Shown here in pieces: positions 5,024 to 14,075 of a DNA stretch of 25,662 nucleotides. The translations under genes were made by a program, and so were the position numbers. Each line of letters begins with the position of its first letter. The first letter of the stretch is position 1. The stretch comes from a virus (Duplodnaviria > Caudoviricetes). Location: the IMG/VR virus record IMGVR_UViG_3300044850_000042, positions 1-25,662 of that record. The stretch is one strand, 5' to 3'. The notes beneath the pieces were generated by a model, which ran no database searches, was not told where the DNA came from, and saw nothing but the letters and a program-made list of their open reading frames with translations.

Positions 5024-5962
5024 TTATCCACGTCCTCCAAGTCTTTTACTTCTTAATGCAGAATCAATTGCAGATGATTTTGCGTGAGATCCACTATACT
5101 CTTCACCACTTCCCATAGCAGCTCTTGTATGTTTTTTACCTTTTTCTAACATTTTTTTTCTTTGAGGTACGGTAAGTTCTCTAAATCCCTTACCAACAGG
5201 ACCATAAGGAAGTCCGTGTGGTCTTTCACCTTTCTTTTCACAAATAATTTCCTCTCTCCACTCTTCACTCATATTTGCCATAATAGCGGTTGCTGCCTCT
5301 TCAGTTTCGGCATAACCTTCTGAAATAAGATACTCAAGAACTAAATCAAAGGCGTCAACATCTTCCTTGATTCTATCAGCAGCTTTAGATGCTGCAGAAC
5401 CCGCTTTACGGGCAGCCTGAGCAACTCTACCAGCACCCCCAGCAAAGGCACGCAAACCGCCTTTAGCGGCGCTCTTGATGCCACTCTTGACCTTCTCTTT
5501 CGCTGAGCTTGCTGCCGCTCCTGCTGCCTTCTTAGCGGCACTAGCAGCACCAGTAACACCCGCCTTAGCAGCCTTACCTGCAGCATAGGCGCTTACTGCC
5601 GCTCCTGCTGCTTTTGCTTTAACCTTACTTACTGCCGCCTTAACCGCTGCCTTACGTGCCTCTCCACGCTTGGTTGCCGTAGTTGACTTATTGTATGCTT
5701 TAGATGCTGCCGATCCAGCAGGAGCATATGGATTGAGTTCTGCTAGATATTCAATAGAAGCAGTTTCAACAATTTCTAGAGCCTCTTCTAGTTCATATCC
5801 AGATTCAATATATTCATCTACAAGTTCTTCAACAATCTCTTCAATTAGAAGATCATCTAAATCCTCAACAATAAGATCTTCCGAAATTTCTACTTCTTCG
5901 GTGTTAGCACCATAAATTTTTGAATATGCTTCACGAAGCGATTTAACATCTTTTGCAAACAT
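5024..5962 (-). CDS. Late protein with alternating acidic and Ala/Lys-rich blocks; probable internal virion protein
   Basis: Two acidic (EY)xxxxGY...EEA modules flanking a histone-like AK region; late box upstream; many I/L-x-E sites. Confidence 0.75.
   Translation of the reverse strand: MFAKDVKSLREAYSKIYGANTEEVEISEDLIVEDLDDLLIEEIVEELVDEYIESGYELEEALEIVETASIEYLAELNPYAPAGSAASKAYNKSTTATKRGEARKAAVKAAVSKVKAKAAGAAVSAYAAGKAAKAGVTGAASAAKKAAGAAASSAKEKVKSGIKSAAKGGLRAFAGGAGRVAQAARKAGSAASKAADRIKEDVDAFDLVLEYLISEGYAETEEAATAIMANMSEEWREEIICEKKGERPHGLPYGPVGKGFRELTVPQRKKMLEKGKKHTRAAMGSGEEYSGSHAKSSAIDSALRSKRLGGRG
5390..5700 (-). repeat. Ala/Lys/Gly low-complexity coding region
   Basis: KAAVKAAVSKVKAKAAGAAVSAYAAGKAAKAG...AASKAA; locally GC-richer. 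Confidence 0.7.
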
Positions 5963-5990
5963 TTTTATTAGATATGGAATTCCTAGAAAT

Positions 5991-5998
5991 TATTTATA
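5991..5998 (-). promoter_or_regulatory. T4 late promoter TATAAATA
   Basis: Exact match 28 nt upstream of the ATG at 5962. Confidence 0.8.
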
Positions 5999-6023
5999 AA
6001 AAAAGAGGGTCTTAAAGACCCTC
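5998..6023 (-). terminator. Intrinsic terminator of the nrdAB operon
   Basis: GAGGGTC-TTTAA-GACCCTC-TTTTTTT. Confidence 0.85.
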
Positions 6024-6158
6024 CAACCATTCTTTTTTATAATCATAATCTCCAAACATATACTCGTCTGATTCTGCAGCTTGTTTATAAGCGTTTAGAA
6101 TCTCCTGTTCACACCATTCATCATAGTTGGAATCCTGAGAAAGTATCTTTGGTAACAT
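6012..6158 (-). CDS. Small acidic protein, 48 aa (not in ORF track), overlapping the nrdB 3' end
   Basis: MLPKILSQDSNYDEWCEQEILNAYKQAAESDEYMFGDYDYKKEWLEGL*; fills the nrdB-terminator gap, stop codon in the terminator loop. Confidence 0.6.
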   Translation of the reverse strand: MLPKILSQDSNYDEWCEQEILNAYKQAAESDEYMFGDYDYKKEWLEGL

Positions 6159-7305
6159 CTTGCTTAATCCCACCTACTATGTAGGACTCGACTTCTGTTT
6201 CCTGTGGAGCAACTTGAAGTCCCTTAGAGGAAATCCAATGTTCGGTCCAAGGAAGAGGATTGTTCTTAGCAGGAATGTCATAAAGAGGTTTCAACCCGAT
6301 TGCCTTCATTCTACGATTGGCAATCCATTCAACATACTGTTGTAATAGTTTGTCATTTAAACCAATCATAGAACCGTCCTTGAACAGATACTCTGCCCAA
6401 AGTTTTTCCTGATTGACTGCACTCTCAAAGGTCTTGTAGACCCACTGTTCTTCTTCTTTGCTGATACGTGCCATTTCAGGATCATCACCCTCTTTCCACT
6501 TGTTCATAATGTTCTGAGTGATGACAAGATGTTGGTTTTCATCTCTGGCAATTAGTGAGATGATCTTTGCACTTCCCTCCATAAGCTTGAGTTCGCCAAA
6601 TGCAAAACTGCAAGCAAAACTGACGTAAAAGCGAATACCTTCAAGAATATTAACGTTTGCAATTGCCCTGAACAATTTACGTTTGAGTTCATATCTTGCC
6701 TCTTGTGCGTAAGGAACTTGTTCCAAAGCGTGAACCCACTCATCCGAATTATCATAACGATGTGCGCTATTGATAAAATCGTTATATGCTTCTGTAACAC
6801 TCACAGCACGTTCTAAAATACGATCATCTTTTAAGATCGTATCGAAGACATCAGATGGGTCTGAATAAACATTTTTGATGATATAGGTGTATGATCGGGA
6901 ATGGATCATCTCCATAAACTCCCACACTTTCATACATGCTTCCAGTTCAGGAAGAGAACAGTATGGAGCAAATGCCATACCAGGACCCCTTCCCTGAACG
7001 GAATCAAGCATAACCTGATACTTCAGGTTGCTGGTAAAGATATGCTTTTGTTCTGGACGAAGAGACTGATAATCTCCCCTATCCTTTTGAAGGGAGACCT
7101 CTTCAGGTCTCCAAAAATATCCTAATTGTTGGGTTGTTAATTTGTCGAAGATTGGATATTTGTAAGAATCGTATCTTTGAATTCCTAGTGGTTGTCCAAA
7201 AAACATGGGTTGCTTTTTGGTATCTACTTCTTGAGAATTAAAAACGGTCATAGACTCGACCATATTTTTATCCTCCAAAACTGTTTTAAATCTTACAAGA
7301 CTCAC
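6121..7305 (-). CDS. nrdB: Ribonucleotide reductase class Ia beta subunit (start uncertain: GTG 7305, ATG 7263 or 7251)
   Basis: FWRPEEV, LDSVQGR, EMIHSRSY (radical Tyr), LEGIRFY, RDENQH, APQETEVESY. Confidence 0.97.
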   Translation of the reverse strand: MSLVRFKTVLEDKNMVESMTVFNSQEVDTKKQPMFFGQPLGIQRYDSYKYPIFDKLTTQQLGYFWRPEEVSLQKDRGDYQSLRPEQKHIFTSNLKYQVMLDSVQGRGPGMAFAPYCSLPELEACMKVWEFMEMIHSRSYTYIIKNVYSDPSDVFDTILKDDRILERAVSVTEAYNDFINSAHRYDNSDEWVHALEQVPYAQEARYELKRKLFRAIANVNILEGIRFYVSFACSFAFGELKLMEGSAKIISLIARDENQHLVITQNIMNKWKEGDDPEMARISKEEEQWVYKTFESAVNQEKLWAEYLFKDGSMIGLNDKLLQQYVEWIANRRMKAIGLKPLYDIPAKNNPLPWTEHWISSKGLQVAPQETEVESYIVGGIKQDVTKDTFSGFQL

Positions 7306-9583
7306 AATCTTCCTCCTCTGATTCTAGAATATCGGAAATTAAATTTTCTAACGATTGACGGGTTTCTTCAACCTCATCATTCTTCATGTCATTTGTATTT
7401 TGATAGTAGCTGGTTTTCCAGCCGTACTTATATGTAGTCAAGAGATCTTGGGCCATTATTGAAGTAGGAACTTCATTATCTGGGTAATGCTCCGGATTAT
7501 AGGACCAGTTTCCAGAAATCGCTTGATCAAAGAACTTCTGCATAACTGCAACAATATTAATATACCCACGATTGCTAGGCATATCCCAAAGAAGCGTATA
7601 ATCATTCTTAAGGTGCTGATATGCTGGGACAATCTGCTTAAGAGGTCCTTTCTTTGATTTCTTAACGGACAGGTATCCGCGAGGTGGTTCAATTCCGTTG
7701 GTTGCATTTGACACAACGGAACTGCTCTCCGATGGCATCTGTGCGGACAATGTTGAGTTCCGCACTCCATACTTCCTAACCTGCTCCCTAAGGATATCCC
7801 AATCATACTTTAATTCGTTCGGAACAATTTCATCAACATCTTTCTTGTAAGTATCTATTGGAAGAATACCCTGTGCATATTTGGTTCTATGCGAATATTC
7901 ACATGCACCCTTTTCTTTTGCAAGATTAACAGTTGCTTGAATTAGATAATATTGGAATGCCTCGGTAAGATCATGAACTAACGTCCATGCCTCTTGTTCC
8001 TCATATTTTACACCATGCTTGGCGAGGTAATGTGCCAAACCGATATAACCTACCCCAAGTGACCTACGCGCTCTGGTAGCGATTTCTGCTGCTTTGACGG
8101 GATATCCTTGAAAATCAATGAGTTCATCAAGACTCCTAACAGCAAGATCGCAAAGAACTTCAAGATCTTCGTGATCCCTAATTTTTCCAATGTTAATAGC
8201 ACTAAGAATGCAGAGAGCAATTTCCCCATCTGGATCATCAATATGTTGAATAGGTTTCGTAGGAAGAGTAATCTCTTGACATAAATTACTCATTTCAACC
8301 TTATCCATAAAAGATGAATGAGAGTTGCAGTGGTCAATGTTCATGATATAGAGACGTCCAGTTTCGGCACGTTCTTTTAGGAGATCCAGAAAGAGTTCTT
8401 GAGCGCCAATAGTTTTTCTTGGAATAGATTGATCTCGTTCATAACGAACATACAACTCATCAAATCCATCAGTACCAAAAGCATCATAAAGCCCTGGAAC
8501 TGAGTGTGGAGAGAAGAGAGAAATCTCTTCGTTGCGGATGAATCGTTCATAGAAGAGTTTGCTGATTTGGATACTGTAGTCTAACTTACGAACACGATTA
8601 TCTTCGGTTCCTTTATTATTTTTTAGTACTAGGATGTCTTCGATTTCTTGGTGCCAGATTGGGAAGTGTACTGTCGCGGATCCACCTCGTATGCCATTTT
8701 GCGTGCAACATCTGACAGTTGCTTCAAACTTCTTGAGAAATGGTACAACACCCGTATGTTGAACTTCTCCCCCTCTGATTTTACTGTTGATGCCACGGAT
8801 TCTACCAGCGTTGATGCCGATTCCCGCCCTCTGTGCAACGTATCTACCAATAGCCATATCACTGCTAAAGATAGAATCGAGGGTGTCATCAACATCAACA
8901 AGAACACAACTAGCATATTGTCTAAGTGGCGTTCGCACTCCTGCCATGATGGGAGTGGGAATGTTGATTTTGTGCTTTGAGATTGCGTCATAATACCTCT
9001 TAACGTAATCTAAACGGGTTTCTTTTGGATACTTGGAAAAAATAGTTGCAGAAATCAAGAGGTACATAAATTGTGGCGTTTCATAAAGGGCGCCGCTACT
9101 TCTATCCTGCACAAGGTACTTATCAACGACTTGACGTAAACCTGCATAAGTGAAGAGATAGTCACGATCATGATCAATAAAAGACTGAAGTTTTTCAAAC
9201 TCTTCATAAGAATAAGAAGTTAAAATTTCCGAATCATAGACTCCTCTCCCAACACAACGCTCAACATGCTGCCTGACTGTAGGACAATCATACATTCCAC
9301 CAAATAACTGTTTGCGTAATGCAAAAAGAAGCAAGCGAGCAGCAACGAATTGATAGTTGGGATGATCCAGATCAATCAGATCTGAAGCAGAACGAATAAG
9401 AATTTCCTGAATTTCTGCTGTGGTAATCCCATCATAAAATTGAATTCCTGATTGCATTTCAACTTGAGAGGCAGAAACCCCAGCAAGATTTTTACATGCT
9501 TCCTCCACCATGACATGAAGTTTATTCAAATCAAGAGACTCAGTTTTACCATTTCTCTTGATAACTTTTGTTCCGTTGCTCAT
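7286..9583 (-). CDS. nrdA: Ribonucleotide reductase class Ia alpha subunit with ATP cone
   Basis: VIKRNG ATP cone, PTPIMAG, ASCVL, SNLCQEI, MPSESSS, KTSYY, C-terminal CESC. Confidence 0.98.
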   Translation of the reverse strand: MSNGTKVIKRNGKTESLDLNKLHVMVEEACKNLAGVSASQVEMQSGIQFYDGITTAEIQEILIRSASDLIDLDHPNYQFVAARLLLFALRKQLFGGMYDCPTVRQHVERCVGRGVYDSEILTSYSYEEFEKLQSFIDHDRDYLFTYAGLRQVVDKYLVQDRSSGALYETPQFMYLLISATIFSKYPKETRLDYVKRYYDAISKHKINIPTPIMAGVRTPLRQYASCVLVDVDDTLDSIFSSDMAIGRYVAQRAGIGINAGRIRGINSKIRGGEVQHTGVVPFLKKFEATVRCCTQNGIRGGSATVHFPIWHQEIEDILVLKNNKGTEDNRVRKLDYSIQISKLFYERFIRNEEISLFSPHSVPGLYDAFGTDGFDELYVRYERDQSIPRKTIGAQELFLDLLKERAETGRLYIMNIDHCNSHSSFMDKVEMSNLCQEITLPTKPIQHIDDPDGEIALCILSAINIGKIRDHEDLEVLCDLAVRSLDELIDFQGYPVKAAEIATRARRSLGVGYIGLAHYLAKHGVKYEEQEAWTLVHDLTEAFQYYLIQATVNLAKEKGACEYSHRTKYAQGILPIDTYKKDVDEIVPNELKYDWDILREQVRKYGVRNSTLSAQMPSESSSVVSNATNGIEPPRGYLSVKKSKKGPLKQIVPAYQHLKNDYTLLWDMPSNRGYINIVAVMQKFFDQAISGNWSYNPEHYPDNEVPTSIMAQDLLTTYKYGWKTSYYQNTNDMKNDEVEETRQSLENLISDILESEEEDCESCKI

Positions 9584-10551
9584 ATTTTCTTCCAGTTGTT
9601 AAACTTAATTTTTGCTTCTAAACCTGAGTATGTACTTGATTTTAACACATCCATAACGTTAAGTCCAGCGAGCACCATATCATTAATATCTTTCTGCTCG
9701 ATGAACGAAGGCCAGATAATTACTTCTTCTCCGCGATCAATTGTTTTTGAGATCCTATCGATAATTTCTTTATTTCGTGGTTCGTTATCGTAAATCCAAA
9801 CAGCCCTGCTAAAACCGAACTCACTAATATCAGCATCAGCTCCACACATAGCAATTGAGTTGCGAACGAACGTGCTGTCAAATGGTCCTTCAGTAACATA
9901 AACGGTTTCATTCTTTTTAATTGTATTGAGTCCATAAATTTTTGGAGCGTTCTCACTCAACATCACGGTAATATATTTAACAGACTTCGGAGTAAGTGAT
10001 CTTCCTTGAAATCCGATCAGATTATTTTCAAAGTCGTATAGAGGTATGATTATGCGTGGTTCTTCATGACTGGTTTTTTGAAACGTTTGTTTTTGGGTGT
10101 TTGTCCATTCTTTAAATTTGTGTGCAAAATAAAACTTTTCTGGATCTATATTTCTCTTCTCCAGATACTCTTTAGCAACAGGAACCTCTGATGCTTTTGG
10201 AAGGTCCAACTTTTTTTTAAAGGTTGGTTTATTAAATTCAAATTTAGGTTCTTCAACAACGAAGTTCTTACCAGTATGACCTTCCTTAAATTTCTCCATC
10301 GTATATTGCTTATGGAGAGTTGGGTCTAATTCCTTGAGAAAATTATTAAACGATAAACTTGCTCCACAGTTATGACACTTGAAGTTAGTATTATTCTTTA
10401 CTGGATATAAGTATCCTCTAGTCTTATTTTTATTCTTCTGAGAGTCACCACAAAGAGGGCAGCGGAAATTGTAGAGATCCGATTTTACCCTCTTAAATTT
10501 TTGTAGACGTGATGAAACCAATCCAATATACTTGGAGTCAATAAAATCCAT
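9580..10551 (-). CDS. gp61: DNA primase (T4 gp61-like)
   Basis: NFRCPLCGDS...CHNC zinc finger, TOPRIM VTEGPFDS, YDNEPRN, KDINDM. Confidence 0.95.
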   Translation of the reverse strand: MDFIDSKYIGLVSSRLQKFKRVKSDLYNFRCPLCGDSQKNKNKTRGYLYPVKNNTNFKCHNCGASLSFNNFLKELDPTLHKQYTMEKFKEGHTGKNFVVEEPKFEFNKPTFKKKLDLPKASEVPVAKEYLEKRNIDPEKFYFAHKFKEWTNTQKQTFQKTSHEEPRIIIPLYDFENNLIGFQGRSLTPKSVKYITVMLSENAPKIYGLNTIKKNETVYVTEGPFDSTFVRNSIAMCGADADISEFGFSRAVWIYDNEPRNKEIIDRISKTIDRGEEVIIWPSFIEQKDINDMVLAGLNVMDVLKSSTYSGLEAKIKFNNWKKI

Positions 10552-10563
10552 TATAAGAAGGTA

Positions 10564-10977
10564 TTACTGTCTTGCTTCTATTCTAGCAGGTTGTTGGTCT
10601 GGTGTCAAAAGATCCACAACAACCGAAGACTGTGAAAAGGCAAATGATACGAATAGTGCTACTCCAACAACTATCCAACGAAACTTAACAAATTCTTCTA
10701 TTCTTGCTTCAATTTTTTCAATTCTTTCCCCAAAAGCAGCACAATTATTTTTATTTTCTGCCTTTAGTTCATCAACCATTTTAAGAATGAGTTGATCTGT
10801 TTTATAATTTTGGTCTATTCTTTCGTCATGTTTTGCCAATATTGTGGCAATACGATTATTTCCTTCCGATATTTTTTCTACTGCTGTTTCCAGCTTATCC
10901 AACATTTCACGCGATAAATCTTCATACATACTTAACTTTGACTCAAGAACAGCTAGTTTAGATCCTTGACTAAACAT
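10564..10977 (-). CDS. Hypothetical coiled-coil protein with C-terminal transmembrane segment
   Basis: Heptad repeats followed by FRWIVVGVALFVSFAF. Confidence 0.8.
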   Translation of the reverse strand: MFSQGSKLAVLESKLSMYEDLSREMLDKLETAVEKISEGNNRIATILAKHDERIDQNYKTDQLILKMVDELKAENKNNCAAFGERIEKIEARIEEFVKFRWIVVGVALFVSFAFSQSSVVVDLLTPDQQPARIEARQ

Positions 10978-10996
10978 TTTTTTAATTAGATTAATT

Positions 10997-11224
10997 TTAC
11001 CTTTTATTTTTTAGATAATCTAACCATGGTTTACGTGAATTATGTCCTCCAGTAGCATATCTTTTTCTCACTGATCCAAGTTTAGGAGATATGCCAGGTG
11101 TCGGACCTTGTGCTGGTGATTTTTCACTAAATCCAGCAACAGGACCAGAACTTCCTGTTGTCATTCCACCCATCTCTTCACGAATTTGATGAATTATACT
11201 AATTATTTTATCTACTTTATCCAT
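10997..11224 (-). CDS. Hypothetical protein (start revised to MDKVDK)
   Basis: ATG at 11224 shares a base with the upstream TAA (TAATG coupling). Confidence 0.7.
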   Translation of the reverse strand: MDKVDKIISIIHQIREEMGGMTTGSSGPVAGFSEKSPAQGPTPGISPKLGSVRKRYATGGHNSRKPWLDYLKNKR

Positions 11225-11595
11225 TAGATTGACTGTAATTGAGATAAACAATCTTGATCTGGTTCAATTTCACTTATATCGGTTTTTGGGAATTCAGGTA
11301 AGCGATTCAAAAATAATAAAAAACTTTTTATTATTGGCCATAAACTTCTATCTAGATCGTAAAATAATAAGGGAACTGCGGCATCATTAAAAACATTAAA
11401 CAATATAATTAAATGATTCAAAATCAAATGAGTTTTCAAAACACCAGTATTTTTATACCTCTTTAAAAGCCTCTTAATATGCTTGATTCTCTTAAGATCA
11501 TCCTCAAAGTCTTCTTTGGTAAGAGACTGGGGATTATCATAGAATTTTATCGCAAATAACAAATAGTTATTTTCATTCAATTCATCAAATCTCAT
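11224..11595 (-). CDS. Conserved hypothetical protein of T4-like phages
   Basis: FAIKFYDNP...FEDDLKRIKHIKRL...HLILNHLIILFNVF pattern; operon context. Confidence 0.85.
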   Translation of the reverse strand: MRFDELNENNYLLFAIKFYDNPQSLTKEDFEDDLKRIKHIKRLLKRYKNTGVLKTHLILNHLIILFNVFNDAAVPLLFYDLDRSLWPIIKSFLLFLNRLPEFPKTDISEIEPDQDCLSQLQSI

Positions 11596-11604
11596 AAAAT
11601 ATTA

Positions 11605-12183
11605 TCAGCTATCTGGGAATCTTGCATCATCTGCAGCATCTTCAGCACCACTACTAATCATGCTTCCAGCAACTAAAGTTTCACTCTTAACTCTTAGGTT
11701 ATTGTGACAATCAATATAAGTTGTCACTCCAACCCAACCCGCATGAGTAACACCGTAAGCGCCCGCCTTTCCACCAACAGTAGTTGTACGAGCAACTCCA
11801 GTTTCAACTGTATCTACACCAAAGACGGAAGTGAACACTGGACTTGTAGAATATCCAACTGTTTTAGATTCTGGAGCTCTATAAACAGAATCTCCAAGAG
11901 TATAAATTGGTTCTTGTGAAATAAAATATGAAGTTCCAGCAGGAACAGTAGTTAATCCAGCAACAAGATATTGTGTCGAACCAATCGACAAAACAGTGTT
12001 AGAAGTGATAGAAGATACAATAGCATAACCATAAGTAGCTCCTGCTCCAATGGTAATTACATCACCAGCAGAAACTCCAGCATCTACAAATGTTGTAGCA
12101 GCACCAGTTACGGTAAGATTACCGAGATTGACTTTAATCGTGCTAGTATTTGCAACTAAATCTTTATTGCCCCAAAGAGCCAT
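11605..12183 (-). CDS. Probable virion structural protein (beta-rich)
   Basis: MALWG N-terminus, HAGWV...RVKSETLVA C-terminal motif, Thr/Gly/Val rich, late promoter upstream. Confidence 0.75.
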   Translation of the reverse strand: MALWGNKDLVANTSTIKVNLGNLTVTGAATTFVDAGVSAGDVITIGAGATYGYAIVSSITSNTVLSIGSTQYLVAGLTTVPAGTSYFISQEPIYTLGDSVYRAPESKTVGYSTSPVFTSVFGVDTVETGVARTTTVGGKAGAYGVTHAGWVGVTTYIDCHNNLRVKSETLVAGSMISSGAEDAADDARFPDS

Positions 12184-12213
12184 GTTTCCTTACCTATAAT
12201 TCTTTTATACTGA

Positions 12214-12221
12214 TATTTATA
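12214..12221 (-). promoter_or_regulatory. T4 late promoter TATAAATA
   Basis: Exact match 30 nt upstream of the ATG at 12183. Confidence 0.8.
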
Positions 12222-12251
12222 AAAAAAGGAGACCCTTATACCTAGGTCTCC
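12221..12251 (-). terminator. Intrinsic terminator
   Basis: GGAGACC-TAGGTATAAG-GGTCTCC-TTTTTTT. Confidence 0.8.
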
Positions 12252-12274
12252 AACATTGTTAGTTAAAATTCAAA

Positions 12275-12472
12275 TCAGGGAGTATTTGAATTTCTATTTC
12301 TGAGATAATTCCTTACTTGTAATAGAACAAATGAAGCAATTCCGTTTGCCTTAACCCTTGGATCAGCACCAAGAACTTCTGAAATTGCAAGAAGAATACC
12401 AAGAATGAGTTGAACATTAACAGCACTTAGAGCACCGCTTTTAACTGCAAATAATAGAGTACCAGTTAGCAT
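12275..12472 (-). CDS. Small hydrophobic protein, 65 aa
   Basis: LILGILLAISEVLGADPRVKANGI; own late box GATAAATA at 12506-12499. Confidence 0.7.
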   Translation of the reverse strand: MLTGTLLFAVKSGALSAVNVQLILGILLAISEVLGADPRVKANGIASFVLLQVRNYLRNRNSNTP

Positions 12473-12504
12473 AATAGTTATCCAAATCTAATCCAACTTA
12501 TTTA

Positions 12505-14058
12505 TCAATTTCCTTTTTTTCTAGCCTCTTCAGCAGCTCTCCTTCTCCTCAATTGTGCCACAGCGCGAGCAGCCGCAGCGTCTCCTCTTCTCTTCTCATC
12601 TTCTCTCTGTTGTGGAGTAGGAGAACCTAGATTCCGATATCTTGGACTATTATCTCTGTCTGCTCCACCAAGAGCATTTCTATCTGGTCCTCTTTCCGAA
12701 AGAGTATCACCATCAGGTTCATATGACATCTTAAGTCCCATTGCTCTCAATTTATTTCTAACCAGAGTAACTTTTGTTGGAACTTCTCTAGGATCTTCTT
12801 CTTTAGAATTCTTAACTTTTGGTGTTTCACACTCAGATTCTTCTTTCATAGCACCGCTGGGTTTTTTGTGACTCTTATATCCCTTGTTCTTCATCCACCA
12901 AGCGAGGGCATAAATGTTTTTATCTTTTCCTTCCTTAGTTTTTCCCTGAGAAAGTTCTGGATGTTTTTTCATTCCCTTTATAGTTCCTTCAAATCCAGGA
13001 GGAGAAACTTCCTGAATATTATCTCCTTCTGGTTCATATGAAGCGGTAATTGAAGGATCACTTCCCTTAGGAGCTGACATCAATCCAGACAATTTTGATT
13101 TAACTATTTGGATCTCCTTCTGCCTCATTCTATCATTTTGTTGCTTAGTAACTCTTTTAGTCTTATCGTTCAAACTAACTTCTGATGCATCAGTAGTCGC
13201 CATTTGACTAGAAATATTGGCACTTTGCTCTTTTATTTCGGGAAAGAGTTTTATAGAACCATCTTTATAATTATTAACACCAGTCTCCTTTATTTTATCT
13301 TTTTCATCCTTTTTTTTTACTTCTCCTAAAAATTCTTCTTTGACTCCCTTTGCCTTTTTGATAGCATTATCTTTTACACCAGCATATTCATGTCTATCTG
13401 GTTCTTTAGTTCCATCACCATCTTTATCACCTACAGTATTTTTACCACCCTTACCATATTTCTTTTCATATTTTTCACCAGCACCAGGATTCTTCACTCC
13501 CTTTCCTGCCTTAACTGATGCGGTTTGCTCTCCCTTCTCTTTCTCACTTCTTATTGGTTCACCGTATCCAGTCATTTCTACAGAAGAAATATTTGGATTG
13601 GCGCGAAGTTCTGCAATTTTAGCGCGTGTTGCTCTTGTTACATAACTATTTCCAGTTTCCTTGTCAGTAACTCTAATTTTATATTTTTTATCCTCAATTT
13701 CTTCATTAATTTCTGGAATATTTTCTTCTACCTTTTCAACTCCCTCAACAAATACTTTATTTAAAACACTGGAGATTGTTTCTGAAACAAGATCATCAAC
13801 ATCATGAATATATGAATCACTTACCAACTTCTTCTTTGCAAGTGTTTTTACTGCTGGTGGAGCAGGAGATTTTGACAATTGTGCCACATATGCTCTACTA
13901 ACTTGAGCGGGACTTAGATGAGTCGATCCGCTCATAGATTTTCTAACTTTATATTTTACATCCGAAGCAAGTTGAGATGCTGCTTTTTCTACATCAGTAT
14001 CACCAGCCGCGTGTCCACGATGAGGTGCAACATTATCCTCAAAAATTTGATTACTCAT
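12505..14058 (-). CDS. Large charged modular late protein, probable internal virion protein
   Basis: 517-aa ORF, late box CATAAATA at 14100-14093, repeated SYEP(E/D)GD and x-K-EE sites. Confidence 0.8.
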   Translation of the reverse strand: MSNQIFEDNVAPHRGHAAGDTDVEKAASQLASDVKYKVRKSMSGSTHLSPAQVSRAYVAQLSKSPAPPAVKTLAKKKLVSDSYIHDVDDLVSETISSVLNKVFVEGVEKVEENIPEINEEIEDKKYKIRVTDKETGNSYVTRATRAKIAELRANPNISSVEMTGYGEPIRSEKEKGEQTASVKAGKGVKNPGAGEKYEKKYGKGGKNTVGDKDGDGTKEPDRHEYAGVKDNAIKKAKGVKEEFLGEVKKKDEKDKIKETGVNNYKDGSIKLFPEIKEQSANISSQMATTDASEVSLNDKTKRVTKQQNDRMRQKEIQIVKSKLSGLMSAPKGSDPSITASYEPEGDNIQEVSPPGFEGTIKGMKKHPELSQGKTKEGKDKNIYALAWWMKNKGYKSHKKPSGAMKEESECETPKVKNSKEEDPREVPTKVTLVRNKLRAMGLKMSYEPDGDTLSERGPDRNALGGADRDNSPRYRNLGSPTPQQREDEKRRGDAAAARAVAQLRRRRAAEEARKKGN

Positions 14059-14075
14059 TGTAGATTTTTAATTAC

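Noticed and set aside
6121-9583. Introns or inteins in nrdA/nrdB
   Set aside because: Both ORFs are continuous, of normal length, and lack intein or homing endonuclease motifs
10210-10221. TTT AAA AAA AAG slippery-looking run in primase
   Set aside because: The -1 frame stops after about 12 codons and no clear stimulatory structure follows
13309-13318. A9G run containing A_AAA_AAG in the 517-aa gene
   Set aside because: The -1 frame hits TGA after one further codon and I see no downstream hairpin; consistent with a Lys-rich tract
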